Program-made: the position numbers and the translations under genes
The notes under the pieces: generated by a model
The model's input: the letters and a program-made list of their open reading frames with translations, nothing else
What the model was told of the DNA's origin: nothing
The model's database searches: none
Shown: positions 13,515 through 25,862 of the stretch, one piece after another
Numbering within the stretch: position 1 is the first letter of the stretch
Layout: each line of letters begins with the position of its first letter
Source: Octopus vulgaris
Taxonomy: Eukaryota
Assembly: GCA_951406725.2 (NCBI GenBank)
Contig: OX597820.1
Span: 87,916,001 to 87,980,000, forward strand
DNA length: 64,000 bases
Direction: 5' to 3'

Positions 13515-14550
13515 TTCTTTTATTCCTTTTTTTTTTTATCATAGGATTATGCTCAAGGTGGCTTCGTCATTCACACACACTTCACACACTACATTCATCC
13601 ATCTTTTTTTGAAACATTCACTAGACAAAACTCCCCTCTCTTCTCTCACCTTCTTCTTTAAGTGATACTTGAAGAAGTTGATGAGAGATTGACCAGAGAG
13701 GAAAGTGTTTGTCTCTAGACCTTTCAGGCGCGTTCACCATACAAATTCTTTCGCCATAGCCACAAGTACGATGAAAATGGCTCTTCCTTCCCGTTTCAAG
13801 GAAGGAGGCGCGACAGTATTCATGATAGACACGGTTTACAAACTGACTTGTCCCACACACGATAGCAGTCATTCGAAACCGTTCTACACTGTACGAGTGC
13901 GTGTAGAACGGTTTCGTCGCTCTGACCACATTTCGGGCAGGTCGGATCTGTGTTTCTCGAGCCATGCCTGTAGAGCTTGTCCCGAACAGATAGCACTTCT
14001 CGATAGCACTGCCAGGGATCTCTGGAAGTTGTCCATAGGACCCAGCCCGAAAGTCGTCTCGAACAAGCGGGTCAGGTATTCCTCGTCGACACCCAGGTTC
14101 GCTCCGAAATCGTCGTCGTACCTCCCCTTCACTAATGACGGAAGCGATGTACGCGTTCACCACCTCCACCCGACCTTTTAAGGACAGCTTCCTCTCGGCC
14201 CATTGCCGGGCGAGAGTGACCACCCTACTCGTTATCTCGTCCTAGTTCTTTTCCGTTTGGAGGTCCGGACCAAACCAGACCCCGAGCAACTCGACCGGAC
14301 CGTCGGTCCAGCGTCTCAGGACGGAGACGCTAGTGGACGGTGGTCATGGATGGACGGTTGTCAGATGGAGGTTGTCATGGATGCTCCGGCTCGGCACGGC
14401 GCACGTTTGCGCCTTGTCGACCAGTTTCTCGATGACAAGTGCCAACCTCTTGGTTAACACATTGGCCAAAATTTTAAGCCTGCATTGAGCAGAGTGATGG
14501 GCCTAAAGTTATCTGTTACGTCCCCCCTTGTTTGGGTCTTTCTTCAGCAG
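13515..14550 (-). mobile_element. Internally deleted Tx1/L1-clade LINE ORF2 remnant
   Basis: Minus strand DNFRPITLLNAGLKILANVL (about 14455-14515; RT N-terminal motif) and LARQWAERKLSLKGRVEVVNAYIAS; A-rich 3' end at about 13515-13537; GC-richer than flanks. Confidence 0.85.
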
Positions 14551-14629
14551 TGACAAACGAAATATACACCGCCGATAGTTGTTATTGACAAACAATGGGA
14601 GTCATTTTATTCAGCTGAATACACGTCAT

Positions 14630-14815
14630 TGATTGGTTGAAATTACCGAAATGCGACAACTTTAACAAAAAATAACTTCCAAAATACAGAATTTTCTCAA
14701 CAACGCCAAGAGTAAAAGATGCTTTATGTGACACATTCTACAAGTATACGAAGTTTGAAAGTATTTAGTTACAAAAAATTATTTTTTAAATCTGTCGGTC
14801 AAAAGGTAAAGATCC
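14630..14815. mobile_element. Diverged solo TIR related to the 887-bp MITE family
   Basis: ATTGGTTGAAATT...GACACATTCTACAAGTATACGAAGTTT...AAAGATCC parallels the right end of 1254-2140. Confidence 0.65.
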
Positions 14816-14940
14816 CATGGAAATCAGTAGGAAAATAGATTTCTCTTTTTACAGAATTCGACGTGACATCAAGATTTTCAGGAATGAAGGATTCCATATC
14901 ACGGGGGATATCACGGAACAGAATGCCTTTTATTGGACGC

Positions 14941-15169
14941 ATACATACATACATACATACATACATACATACATACATACATACATTCATACATGCATAC
15001 ATACATACATACATGCATACATACATACATACATACATACATACATACATACATACATACATACATAAATACATACATGCACTCACACATGCATGCATCC
15101 CTACCTACCTACCTACCTACCTACCTGCATACATACATACATACATACATACATACATACATACATACA

Positions 15170-15198
<29 letters not shown>
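14941..15198. repeat. (ATAC)n microsatellite
   Basis: Read directly; similar tracts at about 11660-11770, 28620-28670, 32500-33018, 42715-42927, 53125-53240. Confidence 0.95.
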
Positions 15199-15200
<2 letters not shown>

Positions 15201-16026
15201 GGTGGTCGCCGTGAACTCTATTTCGAACACAAGCACTTTCTCATTGTAGACATAACTTTTTTGCCGTACTCCTCAGTGACTACCGCACCCAGACTTTGTT
15301 CCTTGTTTTAAATATTTTTGTAACAAATGTGGCACAGACTTCTATCAAAAACCTCATCAACGGTAGCTCTGTCCTTGTGCATTCGCCCAAAATAGATATT
15401 CAACCAAACAGTAGATAAGAAAGCTTTTGAATATAAAGTATAGCAACGCAGTCTTCCTGTTGGGCTAATGGACATGCTAGTTTCCTGTCATGTGACATTC
15501 CATAGGTTTCAGGACCGGTTTTGAAAAAAATGTTATGTTACAACAGAAAGTACGAGTGAACTCGCCTTTACACCCACAAACATACAGAACTTAAGAGCCT
15601 GCGATTGCAGCCATTGTGTTTGATTATTTGATAGGTATTTTTACTTTCCCAAACTGTAACACACTCACCGGTAAAATTTCCACTTATTTCTTATTTTTAT
15701 TTTCCTAAAATTTTCGGTGCGTCTTGCAACCTTTTCAATAGTCTTGACTCGCAATGTTATCCAAGAGAAAGGCAAAGGCCGATACAGCTTGGCATGAGTG
15801 ATGTCGCAACTCATTTCTACAGCTGAGTGAACTGGAGCAACATGAAATAAAGTGTCTTGCTCAAGAACACAATACGCAGCCCGGTACGGGATTCCAACTC
15901 ACAACCACACAGTCGTAAGATCGACGCTCTAACCACTGAGCCATGAATAATGTATAGTTTATTGACTAATTTTTCTACACGCTAGGCCACTAGTAGTAAA
16001 AAGTTCTTAAATTTTTTCTTACCCTG

Positions 16027-16058
<32 letters not shown>

Positions 16059-16263
16059 ATGCAAAATGGGACAAGAACGCAGAACATCCAGACAGTTAGG
16101 TGATACAAAAAAAGGGATAAGAAAACATCTAGATAGACGGTACAAAGAAACAAGGACGGGTCATTCGGAGTATTCTTTCCTCGGTCGAGTTTATATACTT
16201 TATATACAAATATATTGTTAGCAGTGGAAGCGAACCACTACCACTCTCTACCAAGTATCAAGA

Positions 16264-16312
16264 TCGCGAGACTGACTCAGTTTCGAGCTATTTGGCTCAT
16301 CCTCAGTCGCAA
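16264..16312 (-). ncRNA. Minimal type I hammerhead ribozyme motif, core intact
   Basis: Minus strand: UUGCGA (stem I) CUGAGGA U GAGC-caaaua-GCUC (stem II) GAAA CUG-agu-CAG (stem III) UC then UCGCGA (stem I'). Predicted GUC cleavage between 16270 and 16269. Activity untested. Confidence 0.8.
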
Positions 16313-16671
16313 GCACCGGTGCACCAGAGCCCGCTTTGATGTGGCGACTGGCTTTACTGTTTAGTATAGTTACTACTCTGGTAGTAAAGTAGCACCTGCA
16401 TTGCATGTGTTAAAGATATATACATACTTAAGTGAAGCCTAAATATTTTATTAGACAGAAGCATAGAGCGGCTGTAACTTCCAAATTTATTGTCGATAAC
16501 GTCTTGTCAAACAGTTTGATAAGCCGTTATCGGCGAAGCTTCAAAGTCTCTGCCACCATGTGTTACCCTGCAAGTAGGTTACACATGTACACACAGGAAA
16601 ACACACACGCACGCGCGCGCGCATACACGGATTGCTTTATGTATGGGTAGATACATTCGGGTGGAGTGGGA

Positions 16672-16866
16672 TACAGAAAAGTTCCTGGCTTTGAGTAAAG
16701 GAAAATACAGGATCAGCTAATTATGATTTTATTCAACATATTTCCTTTCTCAGATTCACATACTTATTGCTGTGGTCTTTCTATTTTTTCTAAGCCCTGT
16801 AAAAAAAAACTCAGAAGGTTGGCCTTTCAACCAGGCCCTTCGCGACACCCTCAAAGCCAGAAACCT
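16672..16866. mobile_element. Degenerate mariner-like MITE
   Basis: GAAAAGTTCCTGGCTTTGAG ... CTCAAAGCCAGAAAC inverted ends; outer termini eroded. Confidence 0.4.
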
Positions 16867-17649
16867 GCATGTGTGATTGTGTGTGTATGTGTGTACACTT
16901 GTGTGGAATAGGGATAGATGTTTTCAGCAAACAGTTTGACCTCCTGTTGTCCAATGTCACAGATGAACCTAAATCATGGCAAGAAACTAAAAAGAGGGCA
17001 ACAGTGTCGAACTCCCTTCTTCAGAAAAAAAAAATCTTATAAGAGTGGCCATTGAAAAGGTGATTCACACTGGCGGTGCTCCAGCATGACCAGTCTTTGG
17101 GCTGAAACGTATGAAAAAAATGAAAGAATATGTACGTATGCTCGTATGTATGTAATGTGTGTATGTTTGGACGTGCGGATGTGTGGTTGGCTGGCTGATT
17201 TTTATGTATGTGTGTATGTATGCAATGAGCATGTGTGTGTGTACGTATTTTATTAGAAGCTGAAAACTTCTTTGCAGTGTCAAATATCCACTTACCAAAC
17301 AGCTCTTTCATAAGTGGAAACATGAAACTTCCAAGCAACATTGAAACTATTTAAACACTACACCTATTGTATTGAGTACGTTTTTTTTTTTTTCTCTTTC
17401 TAAACCTTCTTCACCAACCCCACTCCTGCTAGAAATAGTAGTACAATCACCCACAAGTAATGTCATACTGTTTTAAGCAAGAGATAAACATAATCGAAAA
17501 TCTACTCCAAAATATAGGTACAGGTGTAGGTGTATGGCTAGAGGCTTGCTTCCTAATCACATGGCTCCAGGGTCAAACCCACTGCGTGGCACTTTCGACT
17601 AAAGTCTTATGAGTGGATTTGGTTGACGGAAACTGAAAGAAGCCCGTCG

Positions 17650-17681
<32 letters not shown>

Positions 17682-17718
17682 TGTATGTGTGTGTGTGTGT
17701 GTGTGTGAGTGTGTGTGT

Positions 17719-18316
17719 GTTAAATAAAATAAGACAACAAAACCAAGGCTGTGTGCAATTTATAGGACATTTATAAAGAGAAAGATAGTTTCTGGGATAT
17801 TAGGGATATCCCTTCATCAGAGACGATATGAGAGACTTAACTAGAGGGGCATAGTAAAGTTCAATTTAAGGAGTTATTTTGGAAAAGGATGGATATAGGA
17901 AGTATAAAGAGAAATAAGAAAATAAAAATAAAAGCAAAAATATATGTAGGATGTTACAGTTGCAGTTCCATTATCCAAGGAATGTGCTGTGTAGAATGGG
18001 TAGAAATGCTTCTTGTCCATGGTAATTAGATTCCGGTAGGAATAAAACTCCACACTATCTACTCGTAATAAGAAAATATGAACTCCTATCTCAGAAACAG
18101 CTGTAAGATTACCTTTCTCTTTATAAATGTCCTGTAAATTCCACACAGCTTTGGTTTTGTTGTCTCGTTTTATTTAACATATACATGCTCACACAACACC
18201 CACATTAGACACTTTATTTGTATTATTATCGAACCGAGAGTCTAACTACGGTCTTCCCGTAGCACTTACATAGCCTTACCTGCCACCTTGGGCCTTCTGG
18301 ATACCAATACCTCTCA
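17719..18316. mobile_element. Penelope-like non-autonomous element with inverted pseudo-LTR segments and split hammerhead halves
   Basis: 17719-17798 is the reverse complement of 18087-18178. The minus strand has GUCU CUGAUGA AGGGAUA...UAUCCCA GAAAC (3' part deleted); the plus-strand arm has GAAA CAGCUG UA AGAU. Flanked by microsatellites. Confidence 0.65.
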
Positions 18317-18759
18317 TAGATAGATAGATAGATAGATACATACATACATACATACATACATACATACATACATACACACATACACACGCACACATACATA
18401 CATATGTACATATACATATATCTATATATATATGTGTATACGTGTGTGTATGTATATCTCTACGTGTGCGTATGTCTCCCACCACTGCTAGACAGCTGGC
18501 GTTGGTTTGTATAAGTACCAGACCTTAGAAATTAACACTGGGTCGATTTGTTCGACTAAACCCTTCAAGGTGGTGCCCCAGCATGGCCACAGTCCAATGA
18601 CTGACACACGTATACAATAAAGATTCACTAATCTTTATTTTTCTTAATGGTTTCATTCTTTGAATTGCGGCCATGCCGAGGCACAGCCTTCGAGGAATTT
18701 TAGCGACCCTATCAACCCAGTGCTTATTTCAGTTTGATTTTTATTTTATCGATATCCAT

Positions 18760-19168
18760 CTCTTACTCTTTTACTTGTTTCAGTCATATGACTGCGGCCA
18801 TGCTGGAGCACCGCCTTTAGTCGAGCAACTCGACCCCGGGACTTATTCTTTTGTAAGCCCCAGTACTTATTCTATCAGTCTCTTTTTGCCGAACCGCTAG
18901 GTGACGGGGACGTAAACACACCAGCATCGGTTGTCAAGCAATGCTAGGGGAACAAACACAGATACACAAACACACACACATACATATATATATATACATA
19001 TATACGACGGGCTTCTTTCAGTTTCCGTCTACGAAATCCACTCACAAGGCTTTGGTCGGCCCGAGGCTATAGTAGAAGACACTTGCCCAAGATGCCACGC
19101 AGTAGGACTGAACCCGGAACCGTGTGGTTGGTTAGCAAGCTACTTACCACACAGCCACTCCTGCGCCT
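18760..19168 (-). mobile_element. tRNA-derived CORE-type SINE family B
   Basis: Head AGGCGCAGGAGTGGCTGTGTGGTAAG...GGGTTCAGTCC, CORE-like CTTGGGCAAGTGTCTT, internal (TA)/(TG) tract, AGTAAAAG tail. Other copies at about 8040-8190, 12310-12482, 17515-17650, 18475-18625, 19381-19500, 50990-51240, 53550-53750, 62280-62495. Confidence 0.8.
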
Positions 19169-19666
19169 ATCTGTTAAGTTAACTTAATATTTTTTGACAT
19201 AAACAGACGAAACATGACGTCGATTTGCACATGGTATTGGTCAGTTCGAGACAACAGTAGACGCTATTTTCAGATATTATAAAGCAATAGGGTTGAACCC
19301 GTGCAGTGGAAGTGGTTTGAGCCTATAACCCAGAGATCCTAAGACCGAAACACCACTCTGCAAAGAAGTGGATAATATTTATAGGTGCAGACATGGCTGT
19401 GTGGTTTAGAACCTTGCTTCCTATCCATTAGTTTCGTGTTCAGACTGACTGCGCGGCGCATCTTGGACTTATATCTTCTACTATAGCTCCGGGCCGACCT
19501 TTGAAAGGCTTTTCTGTTCTGCTCAATTTAGTTTGACCTTAGCTTAAACATCAATAGCAAGTCAACGGAAGAGACTTTACGTAGGCATTCTACTGGATAG
19601 AAATAGCAGCAAAATCTCCGCCAAAGTACACCTCACAATCATAAAAATAGGAAGATACACTTTATG

Positions 19667-19668
<2 letters not shown>

Positions 19669-19725
<57 letters not shown>

Positions 19726-19728
19726 ACA

Positions 19729-19810
<82 letters not shown>

Positions 19811-19817
19811 CACACAC
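19669..19817. repeat. (AC)n microsatellite
   Basis: Read directly; many other (AC)n and (TA)n tracts, e.g. 33769-33856, 34216-34318, 43038-43120, 63893-64000. Confidence 0.95.
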
Positions 19818-20186
19818 AGCGAGCTGGTAGAAACGTTAGCACGCCGGGCGAAATTCGTAGCAATATTTCGTCTGTCGTTACGTTCCGAGTTCAAATTCCG
19901 CCGAGGTCGACTTTGCCCTTCATCCTTTCGGGGTCGATAAATTAAGTACCTCTTACGCACTGGGGTCGATGTAATCGACTTAATCCCTTTGTCTGTCCTT
20001 GTTTGTCCGCTCTATGTTTAGCCCCTTGTGGGTAGTAAAGAAATATATATATATATAACGGGAAGCTTTATGAAAATAGACAAAAGACGAAGGCAGGTTT
20101 ACGGAAATAAACAAAAGACGAAGGCAGGTGGAATACAAAGAAACAATTGTATTAGTATGGCGCTCAGGAAATATAAATAAAACAAG

Positions 20187-20224
20187 TCTTTAACGTTTCG
20201 AGCCTACGCTCTTCAACAGAAAGA
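20187..20224 (-). ncRNA. Minimal hammerhead-like motif, variant core (CUGUUGA)
   Basis: UCUUU CUGUUGA A GAGC-guag-GCUC GAAA CGUU AAAGA; A6-to-U change probably impairs activity. Confidence 0.55.
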
Positions 20225-20992
20225 TACACAGAGAAAAAACACAGAAAGAAGGAGAGAAAAAAAATATGCGTGCAGAGGCTAGCGAATCAACATGGCGATC
20301 TGATTTATATATGAAATGGGACTAGAACGCAAAACATCCGGACAGTTAGGTGATACAAAAACGACACAACAAAACATCCAGATAGACGATACAAAGAAAA
20401 CAAGGACGAGTCGAAAAACAGCTCATAATTGTAACCTCTTTTTGCTCTACAAGAGGTTGAGCTGACACTAAACCCCACCAACAAATTTTCCTCTTATCTG
20501 TTTCCACCCTTCTACTTCAACTGCTGTCCTATCTCGTCGTCTGCTATTATGAATTACATGGATTTACCTGAAATTTAATGATGCAATACCTGTAATGACC
20601 GAATGAATGAATACATACACGTGCACACGCTTGCGTACTCATGCACTCACACATAAATTATATGAATTTGCATATTTCTTAATCTTCTTCGAATTTCTTT
20701 ATCCCCCTCCTGTGGTCAATATTTCCCTTAACCCTCACACACACACACACACAAGCACACACACTCTCTCTCTACTTACCTCTCTCTCTTTCCACCTCCT
20801 TCCCCCTCTCTCTCTCCCTCTCTCCCTCTCTCTCTCTCTCCCACTCTGCCATCCTCACTCTCTGTCTCTTCATGTCCATCACTGTTATTATATTTTGTTA
20901 TGTACAATAGCAGCCAAATATTATTTGAAAAGTCACTCGATATATTTCAATAGAGTATCATCACATTAATTTTTACACGGAACAGATTAATA

Positions 20993-21179
20993 GTACAGTT
21001 CTATATTCTAGAGATGAGGAATTATGTACATTATTTACATTATTTATATTTGACGAATATTTGTCCTCATCTTCTTTGTTGTTAACACAACGTTTCGGCT
21101 GATATACCCTCCAGCCTTCCTCATGTGTCCTGGGGAAATTTCGAACTTGGGTTCTCATTCCTAAGGTATTTTTCGATGC

Positions 21180-21238
<59 letters not shown>

Positions 21239-21310
21239 TCCACTGCTTAGAATCGAACTCGGAATCTTGAGGTTAGTAGCCCGCGCTCTTAACCACTACA
21301 CCATATGCCC
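20993..21310 (-). mobile_element. tRNA-headed short retroelement carrying a hammerhead-like motif
   Basis: Head GGGCATATGGTGTAGTGGTTAAGAGCGCGGG...GAGTTCGATTC (A and B boxes), then (AAT)n, then GACAC AUGAGGA A GGCUG...CAGCC GAAA CGUU GUGUU (21084-21129), then AAATAATGT tandem. Inverted partial copy at 21485-21551. Confidence 0.7.
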
Positions 21311-21832
21311 TAAGACCTCTGATATTTTCTACTCTAGACACAAGGCCCGAAATTTTGGGGGAGGGGGCCAGTCGATTAGATCGACCCCAGTATGCAACTG
21401 GTACTTAATTTATCGACCCCGAACGGATGAAAGGCAAAGTCGACCTCGGCGGGATTTGAACTCAGAACGTGACACTCCTGATACATCAGCCGAAACGTTG
21501 TGTTAACAACAGACAAGATGAGGACAAATATCGTCAAATGTAAATAATGTAAAAAGTGTACCGATTAATATTGACTTCGAAGTTTTGCTGGTTGTTGATT
21601 TCAACAGTTTTATGTAAAAGTAGCAAAATTTTGTAATCACTGTTAACTATTATTTTGTTTAAAAAAATGTCTCTCTTTATCCCCCCTCTCCCTCTCTCTA
21701 TCTCAGACCCTCTCTCTCTGCTCATGTCCTTCTTTTTATCTCTCTTTATCTCTATTCCACCTCTCACAAATTTTTATCTTTTTCACTCACTACCTCTCTG
21801 AATTCACGTCTCTCTTAACCTATCTCTTTTTC

Positions 21833-22232
21833 AAGGCGGCGAGTTGGTAGAAACGTTAGCACGCCGGGCGAAATGTTTAGCGATATTTCGTCTGCCGTTA
21901 CGTTCTGAGTTCAAATTCCGCCGAGGTCCACTTTGCCTTTCATCCTTTCGAGGTCGATAAATTAAGAACCAGTTACGCACTGGGGTCGATACAATCGACT
22001 TAATCCGTTTGTCTGTCCTTGTTTGTCCCCTCTGTGTTTAGCCCCTTGTGGGTAGTAAAGAAATAGATATTCTGTCTACCACTGCGTAGTGAGTTCAAAT
22101 TCCGCCGAGGTCGACTTTACCTTTCATCTTTTCAGGATCGATAAATTAAGTACCGGTTGCGTACTAGTGTCGATTTGATCGACTGGCCCCTCCCCATAAA
22201 TTTCGGGCCTTGTACCTAGAGTAGAAAATAAT
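21833..22232 (+). mobile_element. SINE family A dimer
   Basis: Same two-tail order; flanks CTATCTCTTTTTC and CTATCTCTCTTTC. Confidence 0.8.
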
Positions 22233-22328
22233 CTATCTCTCTTTCTCACCCACCCTCGTTATCTCTTTCTCACACTCTAGATCTCGCTATACCTCTCTCT
22301 CTCTATTTCTCTCTCTCTTTCTATTTCG

Positions 22329-22374
<46 letters not shown>

Positions 22375-22793
22375 ATATATCTCCCTCTCTCTGTAAGTGT
22401 GTATGTTTGTCTCTTTAATATCCAGACAGAGCCTCCATCAGTCAATACTGACCGGTTATCGCCACGCGTATGGGCAAGGCCTGACTGAGACTTGTTTTAG
22501 GAAGCTTGGTAGCCACCTGTGCATTGAAATCTCCTCCCTCTACGCCACCGATCAAAGGGAAAGCCTTGACTTGAGGCCGATACGTTGCTGGTGGTGGCAA
22601 CACGCAAAGGACCGTAAAAACCCCCCCTGAGCATTTTGCCTGACCTTCTAACAGTGTGACCAAACCACTGTCTTAGATTGGCATTTTTTATATTGACCCC
22701 CTAAAAGATAAAAAGCACCGCTGATCTCATCGGGGTTTGAACTTGAAGCGCACATGCAGCCTATCCAACGCTCTAGCGGTAATACATGCGTAC

Positions 22794-23020
22794 ACGAGCT
22801 GGCAGAATCGTTAGCACGCCGGGCGAAATGCTTAGCAGTATTTCGTCTGCCGTTACGTTCTGAGTTCAAATTCCGCCGAGGTCGACTTTGCCTTTCATTC
22901 TTTCGGGGTCGATAAACTAAGTACCAGTAACGCACTGGGGTCGATATAATCGACTTAATCGGTTTGTCTGTCCTTGTTTGTCCTCTCTGTGTTTAGCCCC
23001 TTGTGGATAGTAAAGAAATA
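22794..23020 (+). mobile_element. tRNA-derived SINE family A, monomer
   Basis: GAGCTGGCAGAATCGTTAG...GAGTTCAAATTCC...GCCTTTCATTCTTTCGGGGTCGATAAA; exact 16-bp TSD GGTAATACATGCGTAC (22778-22793, 23021-23036). About 20 further full or partial copies, e.g. 2141-2335, 10150-10348, 10875-11095, 19818-20045, 25270-25487, 29270-29440, 32183-32398, 38310-38720, 41706-41920, 56930-57146, 59290-59507, 60470-60680. The central domain resembles the Meta/MESC SINE domain from memory, unverified. Confidence 0.85.
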
Positions 23021-23059
23021 GGTAATACATGCGTACGCGCGCGTCACACACACACACAC

Positions 23060-23107
<48 letters not shown>

Positions 23108-23257
23108 CATACGACAGCTACAGCAATAAGTATTTGCTTCATCAGAGCTGACCTAGAGCTACTTAACATACACCATAAAGAATAAAAAATATGACAGTTA
23201 AATACGATAGCACTTATCTTGACTACTCCAACATGAGCAATACAATTGTTAAATGAT

Positions 23258-23259
<2 letters not shown>

Positions 23260-23312
<53 letters not shown>

Positions 23313-23466
23313 AGATAATAATAATACCAATTATAATGATAATAATAATGATGATAATGATAATAGCAATAATAATGATAATAGTAATAGATAAGAATGA
23401 TAATAGTAATAGCAATAATAATAATAATAATAGTAATAATAATAATAGTAATAATAATAGCAATAA

Positions 23467-23558
<92 letters not shown>

Positions 23559-23607
23559 ATAATAATAATAATAATAATAGTAATAATAATAATGATAATG
23601 ATAATAA
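23260..23607. repeat. (AAT)n/(AGT)n compound microsatellite
   Basis: Read directly. Confidence 0.95.
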
Positions 23608-23768
23608 TCCTTTCTATTATGGGTACAAGGCCTGAAATTATTTGGGATGGAACAGATCGATTACATAGACCACAGTGCTCATCTGGTACTTATTTTATCG
23701 ACCCTGGAAGGATGAAAGGCAAAGTCAACATCGGCAGAATTTGAACTCTGAACATAGCGACAGGTGAA

Positions 23769-23843
<75 letters not shown>

Positions 23844-23845
23844 TA

Positions 23846-24158
23846 TTGAGAGGGATTCTTTGGGGTTTGAATAATTCACCTCTGGAAACATGGATGGTTC
23901 TTTCAACATCCTTAAACAACCCTTATTCAGGGACCTTTTGAGCGAAATGGGCTACTCAACCTGAAGAAAATTCTAACTGGGCCCCACCTGCAAGGTCATG
24001 TGCTGTTTATCTTGATATGAGATCACCATGTCGCGCACATATGGTTGTGATGCATGTGCCTGGTGTACCCTTATCAGACGGGTAGTCATGATGGGTATAT
24101 TGGGCTTCGTATATTTTACCCCAGTGTCACTTTGATGGCATGCACTGCTCTCTCACTC
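23846..24158 (+). mobile_element. 5'-truncated copy of the (AAT)n-embedded retroposon
   Basis: Matches the 3' part of 38783-39313; (AAT)n on both sides. Confidence 0.75.
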
Positions 24159-24164
24159 AATAAC

Positions 24165-24234
<70 letters not shown>

Positions 24235-24605
24235 GTTTATGATTTAGGCACAAAGCAAGCAAATCTAAGGAGATGGGGAGCAGTCAACACGATCGACTCA
24301 AATAATTGATCAGTTTTTGATTTTTATTTACCCTGGAAGGATGAAAATTTTAAGTTAAGCTTTGAGGAATTTGAACGTAAAGTGTAAAGAACCGGAAAAA
24401 ATATTTGAACATTTTCTTCCGACTCTTTACGTTCTGAGTTGAAATCCTGCCAAAGTCAACTTTACTTAAACATTTTTCTAGAGCCAATAATGCACCAGTC
24501 AGACACTGAGGCCGATAGTATCGGCTTACTTCCCTCCCTTTTCCTTAGAATTACTGGGTTTGGGGCCTTAGAAACAACAACAAAAACAACACTAGCGATA
24601 ACGAC

Positions 24606-24638
<33 letters not shown>

Positions 24639-24639
24639 C

Positions 24640-25207
24640 TTTTCTACTATAGGCACAAGGCCTGGATTTTGTGGGGAGGGAGACAGTCGATAACATCGAC
24701 CCAGTACTCAACTGGTACTTAATTTATTGACCCCGAAAGGATACTACGGCCGATAATACCGGCTCACTTCCCTCCCCTCACGAAATAACTCTTTTTTTTA
24801 CTACCTACAAGGGGCTAAACACGGAGAGGACAAACAAGGACAGACAAACGGATTAAGTCGATTATATCGACTCCAGAGCGGAACTGGTACTTATTTAATG
24901 GGCCCCGAAAGGATGAAAGGCAAAGTCGACCTCGGCGGAATTTGAACTCAGAACGTAGCGGCAGACGAAATACCTATTTCTTTATTACCCACAAGGGGCT
25001 AAACACGGAAGGGACAAACAAGGACAGACAAACGGATTAAGTCGATTATATCGACCCCAGAGCGTAACTGGTACTTATTTAATTGACCCCGAAAGGATGA
25101 AAGGCAAAGTCGACCTCGGCGGAATTTGAACTCAGAACGTAGCGGCAGACGGAATACCGCTAAGCATTTCGCCCGGCGTGCTAACGCTTCTGCCAGCTCG
25201 CCGCCTT
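24640..25207 (-). mobile_element. SINE family A multimer
   Basis: Two consecutive A units (about 24800-25207) plus a partial third unit (about 24640-24740). Confidence 0.7.
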
Positions 25208-25512
25208 GAATGATAATAATCATGATAATAATAATAGTAATAATGATAATAACAACAACAACAACAATAATGTTTTCAAATTTTGGCATCAGAACCAACA
25301 GTTTGGAGGAAAGGAGCGTAAGTATATCGACCCCCAACGTTCAAACGATGCTTATTTTATCGACCCCGACAGGGTAAAAGGCAAAGTCGACCTCAGCGGA
25401 ATTTGAACTCAGAACTTAAAAAGACGGACGAAATGCTGCTAAGCATTTTGCCCCAGCGTGCTAACGATACTGCCAGCTCACCGCCTTAATAATAATAATA
25501 ATAATAATAATG

Positions 25513-25567
<55 letters not shown>

Positions 25568-25569
<2 letters not shown>

Positions 25570-25680
25570 TGATGCATGTGCCTGGTGTACCCTTATCAGA
25601 CGGGTAGTCATGATGGGTATATTGGGCTTCGTATATTTTACCCCAGTGTCACTTTGATGGCATGAACTGCTCTCACACTC
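25568..25680 (+). mobile_element. Heavily 5'-truncated copy of the (AAT)n-embedded retroposon
   Basis: Matches the last about 110 bp of 38783-39313; (AAT)n on both sides. Confidence 0.75.
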
Positions 25681-25744
<64 letters not shown>

Positions 25745-25776
25745 GCAGCAGCAGCAGAAGCAGCAGTAGCAGCAGC

Positions 25777-25862
<86 letters not shown>

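Noticed and set aside
14799-15311. YIHT/MYVC, HT/CV, poly-I/N/V/L/P ORFs here and throughout the window
   Set aside because: Translations of di-, tri- and tetranucleotide microsatellites.
21240-21310. Possible tRNA gene (also the SINE heads at 6531, 28988, 60890)
   Set aside because: A and B boxes are present but the acceptor stem does not close and the heads run into repeat bodies; these are SINE heads.
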